A stretch of 64,000 bases of DNA. It comes from Deltaproteobacteria bacterium (GTDB taxonomy: Bacteria; Myxococcota_A; UBA9160; SMWR01). Below are positions 1 to 9,069 of this stretch, in pieces. Position numbers and translations under genes: made by a program. Positions within the stretch are counted from its first letter, which is position 1. The number at the start of each line of letters is the position of its first letter. The notes below the pieces were generated by a model. The model had not been told where the DNA came from. It searched no databases and was given only the letters and a program-made list of their open reading frames with translations. Location of the stretch: positions 1-64,000 of the forward strand of contig JAQBHB010000002.1 of the NCBI GenBank assembly GCA_032128115.1, in the 5' to 3' direction.

Positions 1-987
1 CACCAGCCGGGTCGCGTGATCCACGGTTCGCTGTTCCCCGAGTTCCTCAGCGGGTTGAATGGAATGTGGCTCTACGACATGAAGGACAGCCTCGTGTCGT
101 TCGGCTTCGTGACGCCCCTCGACAGCGAGAACCCCAACAACGACCCCCATCTCGAGGCGCAGCGCTTCAAGACGACGAAGTTCATGCGCAACCTGCTCGC
201 GGGCGGCGAGCTCATCCGCTACGGCGCAAAGGCGATTCCCACCGGCGGCCTCTACGCCCAGCCGAAGCTCTACACCGACGGCGCCATGCTGATCGGCGAT
301 TCGGCGAGCTTCTGCAACGCCCAGAACCTGGCCGGCATCCACATGGCCATGAAGTCGGGGATGCTCGCCGCCGAGACCATCGTGGAAGGGCTCGCGCAGC
401 AGGACTTCAGCGTCAAGACGCTGGGCGCCTACGCCGAGCGTTACCGCCGCAGCTGGGCCTACGGCGAGCACGTCCAGGCGCGCAACTTCGGGGCTTCCAT
501 CGAGAAGGGTCCCTTCTTCTTCATGGCCAACGAGCCGGTTCGCATGATCACTGGCGGCCGCGGCATCCAGGACGAAATGCGCACCGAGGCCGGCCACACC
601 CACATGAAGCCGCTGTCGCAGCTTCCGGCCGAGCAGCGCGAAAAAGAGAAGTTCGCATTCGACGGCGTGCTCACCTTCAGCAAGGAACACCTGGTGGGAT
701 TCAGTGGCACCGCGCACGAGGCGGATCAGCCGTCGCACCTGGTGGTGGCGGATACGGATCTGTGCAGCACCACCTGTGCCGAAGAGTTCGGCAACCCGTG
801 CGAGAGCTTCTGCCCGGCGGCGGTCTACGAGATGGTGGACGACACGGAGAACCCGGGTCACAAGAAGCTGTTCATCCACCACGAGAACTGCGTCCACTGC
901 AAGACCTGCGACATCGCAGATCCCTATCAGGTGATCACGTGGACACCGCCGGAAGGCGGAGAGGGCCCGGACTACACGCGGATGTAG
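1..987 (+). CDS. Electron transfer flavoprotein-ubiquinone oxidoreductase (5'-truncated by window edge)
   Basis: YGAKAIPTGG, LIGDSASF, GIHMAMKSGMLAAE motifs; C-terminal 4Fe-4S ferredoxin (FCPAAVYE...NCVHCKTCDIADP...PEGGEGP). Frame is open from base 1. Confidence 0.92.
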   Translation, partial: HQPGRVIHGSLFPEFLSGLNGMWLYDMKDSLVSFGFVTPLDSENPNNDPHLEAQRFKTTKFMRNLLAGGELIRYGAKAIPTGGLYAQPKLYTDGAMLIGDSASFCNAQNLAGIHMAMKSGMLAAETIVEGLAQQDFSVKTLGAYAERYRRSWAYGEHVQARNFGASIEKGPFFFMANEPVRMITGGRGIQDEMRTEAGHTHMKPLSQLPAEQREKEKFAFDGVLTFSKEHLVGFSGTAHEADQPSHLVVADTDLCSTTCAEEFGNPCESFCPAAVYEMVDDTENPGHKKLFIHHENCVHCKTCDIADPYQVITWTPPEGGEGPDYTRM

Positions 988-1000
988 AGGCGGTGGCGCC

Positions 1001-1831
1001 TCAGGGCGCCACGCCGGCCGCCAGGGCCCGCTGCAGGACCTTCAGATCGTCGCCGTTCGCCGCCACCAGCAGCGCGCGGGCGGCTGCGTGAATCCCGTGC
1101 GGGAAGGCCTCTCCCGACTCACAACACACCCGGGCGCCCGCCTCTTCGGCGATGAGCAAGCCGATGCGGCCGCGGATGCTGACCCGATCACTGTCGAGCG
1201 CCAGGCGCAAGCCCGCGCGAACTCCGGGAATCAAGGGAGCCACGGAGATCGCACCACCCGAGGCGGGCTCCGGCTGCCAGCCCGCCGCCCGCAGTACCCG
1301 ACGGGCGGGCTCGGGGAGATCGTGGCTCACGTAGACGCGACCGCCGTCGGCCTGTGCGACAGCGGGCCGGGGCGACGCCTCGCCCAGGCTCAGGCGGGCG
1401 CCGCCCCCGCGCACGGCCTCCAGGACGATCTCTTCCCGGGGCAACGCCACGAGAGCCGCTGCGTACTCGTCATCGAATGCGAGCCCCGCCATCACCGCGT
1501 AGGGCCCGAGTCCCTCCAGGAAGAAGCGCAGGGTCCCGTCGATGGGATCGAGCACCACCAGGGCATCGCCGGTGGGGGCGAAGCGCCGGGCCGCGGGCGT
1601 GTCCTCCTCGGCCTCGACGCGCACCTGGGGGAAGCGATCCGCCAGGGGCACCAGGAATGCCTCCTGGCAGGCGGTGTCTGCCGCCGTGAGCGCCGCCTTG
1701 ATGGGGGTCGCTTCCCCCTTCTTGGGGCGATTGCGAACCCTCCCCTCCATGGCCCGGGCGATCGAGGCCGACTGGCGCAGGGCGGGCAGCATTGCCGAGA
1801 CGAATTCGCGAGGGTCGGGACGATCACTCAT
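1001..1831 (-). CDS. Inositol monophosphatase/FIG-superfamily protein (atypical)
   Basis: TAAD, AEED and DPIDGT motifs; LLIAEEAGA; start taken at MSDRPDP (ATG 1831). Confidence 0.8.
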   Translation of the reverse strand: MSDRPDPREFVSAMLPALRQSASIARAMEGRVRNRPKKGEATPIKAALTAADTACQEAFLVPLADRFPQVRVEAEEDTPAARRFAPTGDALVVLDPIDGTLRFFLEGLGPYAVMAGLAFDDEYAAALVALPREEIVLEAVRGGGARLSLGEASPRPAVAQADGGRVYVSHDLPEPARRVLRAAGWQPEPASGGAISVAPLIPGVRAGLRLALDSDRVSIRGRIGLLIAEEAGARVCCESGEAFPHGIHAAARALLVAANGDDLKVLQRALAAGVAP

Positions 1832-1890
1832 GAACGAGCCGTGCACGCGCCCAGGTTCAGCGCGGCTGCCGGGCAACCGATGCGGCCCCC

Positions 1891-2316
1891 ATGCAGCATT
1901 CGTGGCTCCGAATCGCCGTCCGGGGGCTTGTCGTCTCCGCACTGATCGCGGCGGCTCCGCCCGCGCGTGCCGGTGCGGGATCCCCGGGCCCGGCGCGCGA
2001 GGACGCCGAGCGGTCCTTCGCCCGCTTCGCGCAGGAATGGATGCGGGGCATCCGCGAACTCGAGTCCCGCGAACGCAGCAGGCCCACGATCCGGCCAGGG
2101 AACCGGGAACCGCTGGTGACGTACCGGGGATACGCGGACGGCTTCAATGTCGAGGTACGATCCACCGGACATCCGGAGGCTCCGTTCGTGGGAGTTCTGC
2201 GTTACACCGAATTGCTCTACAGCTGCAGCGACGTCGCTGCCGCCACCTGCAGCGTGGCCTCCTCGGTGCCACAGGCCGAGATCTTTCGCTACCAGAGCGG
2301 ACGCTGGCTGTACTGA
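1891..2316 (+). CDS. Hypothetical secreted protein
   Basis: Signal-peptide-like N-terminus (GLVVSALIAAAPPARA), one Cys pair, fills the gap between flanking genes. Confidence 0.7.
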   Translation: MQHSWLRIAVRGLVVSALIAAAPPARAGAGSPGPAREDAERSFARFAQEWMRGIRELESRERSRPTIRPGNREPLVTYRGYADGFNVEVRSTGHPEAPFVGVLRYTELLYSCSDVAAATCSVASSVPQAEIFRYQSGRWLY

Positions 2317-2322
2317 ATCGCC

Positions 2323-3327
2323 TCAGGGTGCGCCCGGCAGCCACAGGTAGTGGAAGCCCGGGCTTCGCAGGTTTGGAAACGGCGCACCCCAGTCGAGGGT
2401 GAGCTTCTCTGGAATCGCCGACCGGGTGTAGAGGTTCTGCTTCCACTCCCGAGATCGGTGGTACGTGACCACCCGGGAGTTCTCGAGCCCGGCCCGACGC
2501 TCGACCTCGGCCACCGCCTGTTCGAGATAGCCGATGGCGTCGACGAGGCCGTTCTCCAGGGCCTGGTCCGCGCTGTAGATCGCGCCCTCCGCCAGGGCGG
2601 CTACCTGCTCGGCGTTCAGCCCGGAACGACCCTGGATCACCACCGCTTTGAAGCGGGCGTGGAGATCGTCGAGCACCGACTGGATGTGTTCGCGCTCGAC
2701 CGGGGCCATCGCCCGCAATGGCGAGCCCGCGTCCTTGTACTTCCCGGAGGTCAGGGTCTGGTCCTCGATCCCGAGCTTCTGCATGAGCCCGGCCACGTTG
2801 ATGCCCGAGAACAGCACGCCGATCGAACCCGTCACGGTGGTCGGGTTCGCGATCAGCCGGTCGGCGGACATGGCCACGTAGTAACCGCCCGAGGTGGCTG
2901 TCCCCATCAGCTGGGCCACGACCGGAATTCCCTGGCGGCGCTTGAACTCGACCAGCTCGCGGTACACCAGATCGCTGGCGGTGGCGGTTCCTCCCGGACT
3001 GTCGATCCGAACCAGGAGGCCGCGGATGTCGCCTTCCTTGCGCGCGCGATCCAGCTGTTCGCGCACCCGGGCCACCGTGCTCTCCTCCTTCACGAGGCTG
3101 AAGCCCTCGGAATCGGGCGATTCACTGATCACGCCGTTCACGTCAAGCAACAGGATCTTGTCGCGGCCCTGACCGTAGACGTGCGACTCCACCAGCGCAC
3201 CTGGAAGGCCACCCGGGAGATTGAGGGAGATGCAACCGGGAGCGATCCACACCAGCACGGCCAGGCTGGCAAAGACGCCAACGCTGGACCCGGAGCTCGC
3301 GTGTCGCGGTGCGTGGTTGTATGTCAT
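2323..3327 (-). CDS. sppA: Signal peptide peptidase SppA (S49), probable lipoprotein
   Basis: RIDSPGG, ATSGGYYVA (catalytic Ser), TGSIGV, SGKYKDAGSP; IAPGC lipobox-like. Confidence 0.93.
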   Translation of the reverse strand: MTYNHAPRHASSGSSVGVFASLAVLVWIAPGCISLNLPGGLPGALVESHVYGQGRDKILLLDVNGVISESPDSEGFSLVKEESTVARVREQLDRARKEGDIRGLLVRIDSPGGTATASDLVYRELVEFKRRQGIPVVAQLMGTATSGGYYVAMSADRLIANPTTVTGSIGVLFSGINVAGLMQKLGIEDQTLTSGKYKDAGSPLRAMAPVEREHIQSVLDDLHARFKAVVIQGRSGLNAEQVAALAEGAIYSADQALENGLVDAIGYLEQAVAEVERRAGLENSRVVTYHRSREWKQNLYTRSAIPEKLTLDWGAPFPNLRSPGFHYLWLPGAP

Positions 3328-3453
3328 GAGAATCCAGGAGCGCGGAACCCTTCCGCCTTGTCCTCCGGTGGAGAATTCCGCCGGTCGGGTCCCGCGCTCC
3401 CCGGCGCCCCGTACCCCCCGATCAGAGGCGCCGTCTCCCTCTGCCGTCGACGT

Positions 3454-6312
3454 TCAGCTGCAACCGCTGGTGCTGCCACAATTGGGGCATTTGTAGCAGG
3501 CGCCATTGCGGATCATGATCGATCCACAATCACAGCAGCTGGGTGCGTCGGTCTGATTCACGATTCCGTAGAGTTCCCGGGGCCCGCTGGCTCCGGATCC
3601 TCCTGCCACCGCCACGCGCAGTGCGGACGGGGCCAGACCCGCCGACTCGGCCTCGGCCTCCTGTTCGTCCGCCACCTCGGCTTCCCCCTGCAGGTAGCGG
3701 TTGCCCAGGAAGCGGAATACGTAGTCCATCACGGACTTGGCGATCGGGATCTCGCGGTTGTTGGTGAAGCCCGACGGCTCAAAGCGCGTGTGGCTGAACT
3801 TGTCCACCAGCGCCTTCAGGGGCACCCCGTACTGCAGCGCGATGGACGTCATGGTGGCGATCGTGTCCATCAGGCCCGAGACCGTGCTGCCCTCCTTCGC
3901 CATGCGCAGGAAGATCTCGCCAGGCACTCCCTCTTCGTACAGGCCCACCGTGAGATAGCCCTCGTGACCGGCGATGGAGAACTTGTGGGTCATGGCTCGG
4001 CGCTCGTCGTTCAGCTTGCGCCGCACCGGCCGGGCCACCTCCGCTACGGCGACCCCGCTTCGCTCGCGGCCGGCGTTGAGCGGCTGGGTGCGCTTGCTGC
4101 CGTCGCGATAAACGGCCAGGGCCTTGAGCCCCAGTCGCCAGCCCTCCACGTAGGCCTGCATCACGTCGTCCTGGGTGGCGTCCTCGGGCAGATTGACGGT
4201 TTTGCTGATGGCGCCCGACAGAAAGGGCTGCACGGCACCCATCATGCGCACGTGCCCCATCCAATCGATGCTGCGGGTCCCGTTCTCGGGCCGGAACGCG
4301 CAGTCGAACACCGGCAGGTGCGATGCGTCCAGCTCCGGAGCCCCCTCGATGGTCTCCTGCTCGTCGATGTGCTCGAGGATCGAGCCCACCTGGGTGTCCG
4401 TGTATCCCAGACGCTGCAGGGCCATGGGGACCGTGTTGTTCAGGATCTTGAGGAATCCGCCACCGACGAGCTTCTTGTACTTGATCAGCGCGATGTCCGG
4501 CTCCACTCCGGTGGTGTCGCAATCCATCATGAAGGCGATGGTGCCCGTGGGCGCCAGCACCGTGACCTGGCCGTTGCGGTACCCGCTGTGGCGGCCCGCC
4601 TGAAGGGCCTGCGTCCAGCTGTTGCGGGCCGCATCCAGGAGGTCCTGGGGGACGCCGTCGGGCTCGATCGCCTCGGCCGCATCCCGGTGCATGCCGATCA
4701 CCTCCAGGAACGGCTTGCGATTCATCCGGTAGCGCTGGAACGCACCCATCGCCTCGGCGATCTCGGCGCTCATCCGGTAGGCCTCGCCGCACATGAGCGC
4801 GGTCAGCGAGGCCGCAAGGTTGCGCCCCTGGTCGCTGTCGTAGGGCAGGCCCCGCGACATGAGCAGCGCGCCCAGGTTCGCGTAGCCCAGCCCCAGCGGT
4901 CGGAACAGGTGACTGTTGCGCGCGATCTGGGGCGTCGGGTAGTCGGCGTGGTCGACCACGATCTCCTGCCCCAGGATCGTCAGGCTGACCGCCCGACGAT
5001 ACGACGCGGCGTCGAAGTCGCCGTCTGCGTCGACGAACTTCATCAGGTTGAGGCTCGCCAGGTTGCAGGCCGTGTCATCCAGAAACATGTACTCGGAGCA
5101 CGGGTTGCTGGAATTGATGCGACCCGAGGCCTTCACCGGGTTCCAGCGATTGATGGTGGAGTCGTACTGCATGCCCGGGTCACCGCAGACGTGGGCCGCC
5201 TCGGACATGCTGTCGAGGATCTCCTTGGCGTCGTAGGTGTCCATCACCTCGCTGGTGGTGACGCTCCGCGTATGCCACTTCGCGCCGGAGAGAGCCGCAT
5301 CCATGAACGAGTCGGTCACCCGAACCGAGTGGTTGGCGTTCTGGTAGTAGATCGAGTCATAGGCACCGCCCGGCACGTTGAAGCCGCCGTCGTACCCCGC
5401 ATCGATCAGGGACCAGGCCTTCTTCTCCTCTTCCGCCTTGCACCGGATGAAGTCCATCACGTCCGGGTGATCCACGTTCAGGATCACCATCTTCGCGGCC
5501 CGGCGGGTCTTGCCCCCCGACTTCACGACGCCGGCGAACGAGTCGAATCCCCGCATGAAGGAGACCGGCCCCGAAGCCGTGCCGCCCCCGGCCAGATGCT
5601 CGCGCGAGGAGCGGATCTTCGAGAGGTTCGAGCCGGTCCCGGACCCACCCTTGAAGAGCATGGCCTCGATCTTGGCCAGGTCCATGATGGATTCCATGGT
5701 GTCGTCGACCGAGTTGATGAAGCACGCACTCGCCTGTTGCGGCGTATTCGCGACACCCAGGTTGAACCAGACGGGGCTGTTGAATGCCATCCGCTGGGTC
5801 ACCAGGATGTGCGTGAGTTCGTCGGCGTAGGTCTTCGCATCCTCCGGAGTGGCGAAATAGCCGGACTTCTCGCCCCACTCACGGATGCGGCGCACCACGC
5901 GGCCGATCAACTGCTTGACGCTGGTCTCGCGTTCGGGCGTGTCGATGTGGCCGCGAAAGTACTTGGAGGCCACGACGTTGGTGGCGAGCTGGGACCAGCT
6001 GGCCGGAACCTCGACGTCGTGCTGCTCGAAAACGGTCTCGCCCTTCTCGTTGGTGATCTTGGCGCCGCGCCGCATCCACTCGACGGCATCGAACGGATCG
6101 TCACCTGCGCGCGTGAAATATCGGGGAATGGACAGCCCACGGGACCTGCGGCCGCGGCGTTTCCGGCCGCCAACCGTTCGCAGATGGTTCGCGTCCGTGC
6201 GCTCGTTTCCGGCGTGTATACCCGACCCCGGGATTCCCCCCGTGGAGATTCCACCCGACGCCCCGTTCTCTTCCACGCCCTCTTCCACGCCCATTCGCTC
6301 TTCCACGCCCAT
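3454..6312 (-). CDS. nrdJ: Adenosylcobalamin-dependent (class II) ribonucleotide reductase
   Basis: FNSPVWFN, QASACFI, KSGGKTRRAAKM, SNPCSEY, LGLGYANLG, APTGTI, C-terminal TSCPD domain and Zn ribbon ending GCS. Start is 6312 or 6294. Confidence 0.96.
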   Translation of the reverse strand: MGVEERMGVEEGVEENGASGGISTGGIPGSGIHAGNERTDANHLRTVGGRKRRGRRSRGLSIPRYFTRAGDDPFDAVEWMRRGAKITNEKGETVFEQHDVEVPASWSQLATNVVASKYFRGHIDTPERETSVKQLIGRVVRRIREWGEKSGYFATPEDAKTYADELTHILVTQRMAFNSPVWFNLGVANTPQQASACFINSVDDTMESIMDLAKIEAMLFKGGSGTGSNLSKIRSSREHLAGGGTASGPVSFMRGFDSFAGVVKSGGKTRRAAKMVILNVDHPDVMDFIRCKAEEEKKAWSLIDAGYDGGFNVPGGAYDSIYYQNANHSVRVTDSFMDAALSGAKWHTRSVTTSEVMDTYDAKEILDSMSEAAHVCGDPGMQYDSTINRWNPVKASGRINSSNPCSEYMFLDDTACNLASLNLMKFVDADGDFDAASYRRAVSLTILGQEIVVDHADYPTPQIARNSHLFRPLGLGYANLGALLMSRGLPYDSDQGRNLAASLTALMCGEAYRMSAEIAEAMGAFQRYRMNRKPFLEVIGMHRDAAEAIEPDGVPQDLLDAARNSWTQALQAGRHSGYRNGQVTVLAPTGTIAFMMDCDTTGVEPDIALIKYKKLVGGGFLKILNNTVPMALQRLGYTDTQVGSILEHIDEQETIEGAPELDASHLPVFDCAFRPENGTRSIDWMGHVRMMGAVQPFLSGAISKTVNLPEDATQDDVMQAYVEGWRLGLKALAVYRDGSKRTQPLNAGRERSGVAVAEVARPVRRKLNDERRAMTHKFSIAGHEGYLTVGLYEEGVPGEIFLRMAKEGSTVSGLMDTIATMTSIALQYGVPLKALVDKFSHTRFEPSGFTNNREIPIAKSVMDYVFRFLGNRYLQGEAEVADEQEAEAESAGLAPSALRVAVAGGSGASGPRELYGIVNQTDAPSCCDCGSIMIRNGACYKCPNCGSTSGCS
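6268..6312. repeat. Three copies of CTCTTCCACGCCC spanning the nrdJ start (MGVEER-MGVEE-GVEE)
   Basis: Copies at 6268-6280, 6280-6292 and 6298-6310. Confidence 0.85.
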
Positions 6313-6718
6313 TCGTTCCTGCCCCCCCCCCAGACGCGCAGGAGCTCTGGCGGGCTCCCGGCTGTTTCGGTCCCGGCTTTCGATGCCCCTGATCGTTGGC
6401 CATCGACCGTCGTACCCGCTCTGCTCCACGCGGCTTCGCACGCCGCGAGTGGCCCTCGACCACAAACTCCCTCCCAGCGCGAGCGATGCTCGCACCACAA
6501 GCCGGCCCGAAGACGGAGTCGGGATGCGCGGGAACGGCAGATCAAAGGCAGTCGCACGTCATGGAACACCACCGGAGATGAGAGAGGCCCCGGTACCCGG
6601 GGCCCCCGAGCCAGATTTGGGTCCTCCGTCCCTCCTCCAGCTCGCTTCCGCCTGACGACCGCCTGTTTGATCGAACCCCCCCAGGCCGCCAGAAGGACAT
6701 GTCTCATCCCCGTCGGAC

Positions 6719-6747
6719 GGTGTACTCCCGGCAAAAAATGGAGTCAA
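6719..6747 (-). promoter_or_regulatory. Putative sigma70 promoter of nrdJ
   Basis: TTGACT (6747-6742), 17 nt, TACACC (6724-6719) in an AT-rich patch. Confidence 0.6.
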
Positions 6748-6755
6748 TAGGAAAT

Positions 6756-6771
6756 CCACAAAATCTGGGGG
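6756..6771. promoter_or_regulatory. Putative NrdR box
   Basis: CCACAAAATCTGGGGG resembles the NrdR consensus acaCwAtATaTwGtgt and lies next to the -35 of an RNR gene. Confidence 0.5.
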
Positions 6772-6889
6772 ATGTCCGGAGCAGCCACTACAACCCCTTG
6801 ACCTTCATCGCGTTTTTCGGCGGGCTCGATGAGGGGCACGGGACGGGATCGGGGGGGTTCGGCGCCCTGTGCGCAACTCGCCGCCAAAG

Positions 6890-6934
6890 CCCCATGGGGG
6901 GGCTGGATTTTCCCCCATGGGGGGCTGGATTTTC
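6890..6934. repeat. Tandem ~22-23 bp direct repeat, each copy with a CCCCATGGGG palindrome
   Basis: CCCCAT(G7)CTGGATTTTC followed by CCCCAT(G6)CTGGATTTTC. Confidence 0.85.
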
Positions 6935-6945
6935 GGTCGGGGATC

Positions 6946-6990
6946 GAGAAACAGAGAAGCCCGGGGAGGAGGAGAATCTCCCCGGGCTTC
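6946..6990 (-). terminator. Rho-independent terminator-like hairpin
   Basis: Perfect 13-bp stem GAAGCCCGGGGAG (6956-6968) / CTCCCCGGGCTTC (6978-6990), followed on the minus strand by TCTGTTTCTC. Confidence 0.65.
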
Positions 6991-7055
6991 GAAGGGCTTC
7001 CCTTCCCAGGGGCAAGCCGTTGCGCCTACGGGCTGAGAACCGGCGTCGACGCAAT
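6946..7055 (-). ncRNA. Candidate ~110-nt small RNA with three stem-loops
   Basis: Perfect TATAAT at 7066-7061, then three foldable hairpins ending in the terminator; no credible ORF. Confidence 0.4.
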
Positions 7056-7123
7056 CGAGGATTATAACCCCAGCGACGCGCCCAACAAACACATTCTTGT
7101 TTCATCAATCATTGGAGCGGGCG

Positions 7124-7804
7124 TCAGGCGCCTGGGAGCCCCACGAAACGCAGCCCCAGGCCCTCGGGGACCTTGTACCGGACGTTGAGGCCGATCAGCA
7201 GGGCCGTCATGGCCTCGACGATGCGGGCATTGCAAAGGGGCCCGCCGTTGATGGCCCGCAGGCCTGGAACCAGCTCGCAAAGGGCCATCACCTGTTCGCG
7301 CGGCTGCGGCGCGCCCGAAATCACCACGTCGCACTCCACGGGGTCTTCGAGCGCCTGAAGCCGGTGGGCGGAGACGTTCTGGAAGGCCGAGACCACGTGG
7401 ACCCCCGGCGGAACCAGCCCCGCCACCATCTCGGCGCAGGAGCCCTGCCAGACGCCCAGGGTGCGCACTGCGCCGTCTCCGATGGCGGTGGCCAGGGGCA
7501 CGCCCATGGAGACCACGACCTGGCCCGCCGAAAGCGACCCGCCGATCGCCTTGACCGTACCGGCGGTGTGCTCGAAGGGCACCGACAGGATCACGATGGG
7601 GGCATCCCGCGTGGCTTGCGCATTCTCGAAGCCCGTGACCTGGGCGTCTGGCACGCTGGCGCGGACCTTCTGGGCGGCCTCGCTGGCGCGCTCGGCCTTG
7701 CGGGAGCCAATCACCACCGGCCGCCCGGCCCGGGCGAAGCGCAGCGCCAGGCCCAGACCCTGGTCTCCGGTGCCGCCCAGGATTGCGATCGAGTTCTCAT
7801 TCAT
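7124..7804 (-). CDS. npdG: NADPH-dependent F420 reductase
   Basis: IAILGGTGDQGLGLALR, IGSRKAERA, VVSAFQNVSA, ARIVEAMTALLIGLNVRYK. Confidence 0.92.
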   Translation of the reverse strand: MNENSIAILGGTGDQGLGLALRFARAGRPVVIGSRKAERASEAAQKVRASVPDAQVTGFENAQATRDAPIVILSVPFEHTAGTVKAIGGSLSAGQVVVSMGVPLATAIGDGAVRTLGVWQGSCAEMVAGLVPPGVHVVSAFQNVSAHRLQALEDPVECDVVISGAPQPREQVMALCELVPGLRAINGGPLCNARIVEAMTALLIGLNVRYKVPEGLGLRFVGLPGA

Positions 7805-7889
7805 GGGGGAACTCCTGAAGAACGCGCAGACTAGTTGATCGGGCTGCGTTCGCCTACGGCTCGCACCGCGAGGCGCCACCCGTGGAAAG

Positions 7890-7939
7890 GGGGACGGGGT
7901 ATGGGGTGCCGCCACCCGGCGAACGGGGACGGGGTATGG
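7890..7939. repeat. 15-bp direct repeat GGGGACGGGGTATGG (x2)
   Basis: Copies at 7890-7904 and 7925-7939; the second overlaps the TATGGT -10 of the next gene. Confidence 0.8.
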
Positions 7940-7946
7940 TGGCGCC

Positions 7947-8258
7947 GTGTCTGCTGAGGATGCGTTGTTCACCCCCACTGCCATCCGGCAGCAGGGGCCG
8001 CGCGAGCTGGGAATCACCTGGGCCGATGGGCTCGAGAGCCGCTACGACGTGAGAGCCCTGCGTCTGGCCTGTGCCTGCGCCTCGTGCGTGGACGAGTGGA
8101 CCGGCCAGGGGCGCCTGGACTCGGACTCGGTACCCGCGGACGTGCATCCCCTCAAGATCGAGCCGGTGGGGCGCTACGCCATCCAGATCGACTGGAGTGA
8201 TGGCCACTCCACGGGCATCTATCCCTTCCGTCGCCTGCGCGAACTCGGAACGGCCTGA
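7947..8258 (+). CDS. DUF971 / gamma-butyrobetaine hydroxylase N-terminal-like protein
   Basis: LRLACACASC, VGRYAIQIDWSDGHSTGIY signature. Confidence 0.88.
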   Translation: MSAEDALFTPTAIRQQGPRELGITWADGLESRYDVRALRLACACASCVDEWTGQGRLDSDSVPADVHPLKIEPVGRYAIQIDWSDGHSTGIYPFRRLRELGTA

Positions 8259-8259
8259 A

Positions 8260-9069
8260 CTATCCGGCGTTCGCCTCGAGAAACTCCAGTAGCGCGGCGT
8301 TGAACTCCCGCGGTCGCACCAGGTTCACCACGTGGCCCGCTCCCGCCACCACCACCAGGCGCGAGTTGGGCAGCGCCGCGTCCAGGGCCCGGCTCGCGGC
8401 CAGCGAGGCCGTATCGCGTTCTCCGGCGATCAACAGAACCGGAATCTCGAACTCGCCGAGCTCGGCTGCCAGCCGTGCCGCCGGCGGCTGCAAGGCGATC
8501 AGCCCACGCAGGGTGTGCGCCAGGGCCTCTGGCGAGTGCTCGAGAAAGCCCTGGCGGATCAGCGGAGCGTCAGGGGATTCGGCGGCGCGCGGATCACCCC
8601 ACACGAAGCGCGCACCGGCCGACTCGAGACCTTCGCGGTCCAGACTGTCGGCAAATTCACGCGCCACCCCCGCCAGCCCCCCGCCCGCATCGGGAAACGA
8701 GGCCAGCACCAGCCCACGCACCCGCGCCGGGTGTTCGCGCGCAAAGCGCAGGGCCACGGCGGCGCCCATGGAGAGCCCCCCCACGATGCCACCCGCAGCA
8801 CCCGCGCGATCGAGGACACGGCCCACGTCGGCCACGAAACACTCGGGCCGGTAGGCATCGGCCTGCCCCGGAGCGCCGCTGCGCGCGTGGCCCCGGGCGT
8901 CGAATACCGCCACCCGGTAGCGGTCGCGCAACGCGCGCAGCTGGGGACGGAAGTTGCGCGCGCTGCCACCGAATCCGTGGCCGAGCACGAGCACCGGGCC
9001 GTCGCCGTGCACCTCCACGTGCAGGGGCACGCGGCCGGGCCCGCCGGGTTCGGTCTCAGACGGGTTCAC
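8260..9069 (-). CDS. Alpha/beta fold hydrolase
   Basis: HGFGG oxyanion motif, DARGHARS, GLSMG nucleophile elbow, GERD, AGH; start uncertain. Confidence 0.9.
   Translation of the reverse strand: MNPSETEPGGPGRVPLHVEVHGDGPVLVLGHGFGGSARNFRPQLRALRDRYRVAVFDARGHARSGAPGQADAYRPECFVADVGRVLDRAGAAGGIVGGLSMGAAVALRFAREHPARVRGLVLASFPDAGGGLAGVAREFADSLDREGLESAGARFVWGDPRAAESPDAPLIRQGFLEHSPEALAHTLRGLIALQPPAARLAAELGEFEIPVLLIAGERDTASLAASRALDAALPNSRLVVVAGAGHVVNLVRPREFNAALLEFLEANAG

Noticed and set aside
3454..6312. Intein or intron in nrdJ
   Set aside because: Catalytic motifs are contiguous, length is ordinary, and no intein-like junctions or LAGLIDADG motifs were seen.
6665..6690. GGTTCGATC T-loop-like motif suggesting a tRNA or tmRNA
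   Set aside because: No cloverleaf, acceptor stem or CCA end can be built around it.
6313..6712. Cobalamin riboswitch upstream of nrdJ
   Set aside because: No convincing GGGAA...GCCACTG core or B12-box found by eye; kept only as an unassigned structured leader.
2350..6750. 1466-aa plus-strand ORF
   Set aside because: Antisense shadow of sppA and nrdJ; no motifs; long stop-free antisense frames are expected at this GC content.
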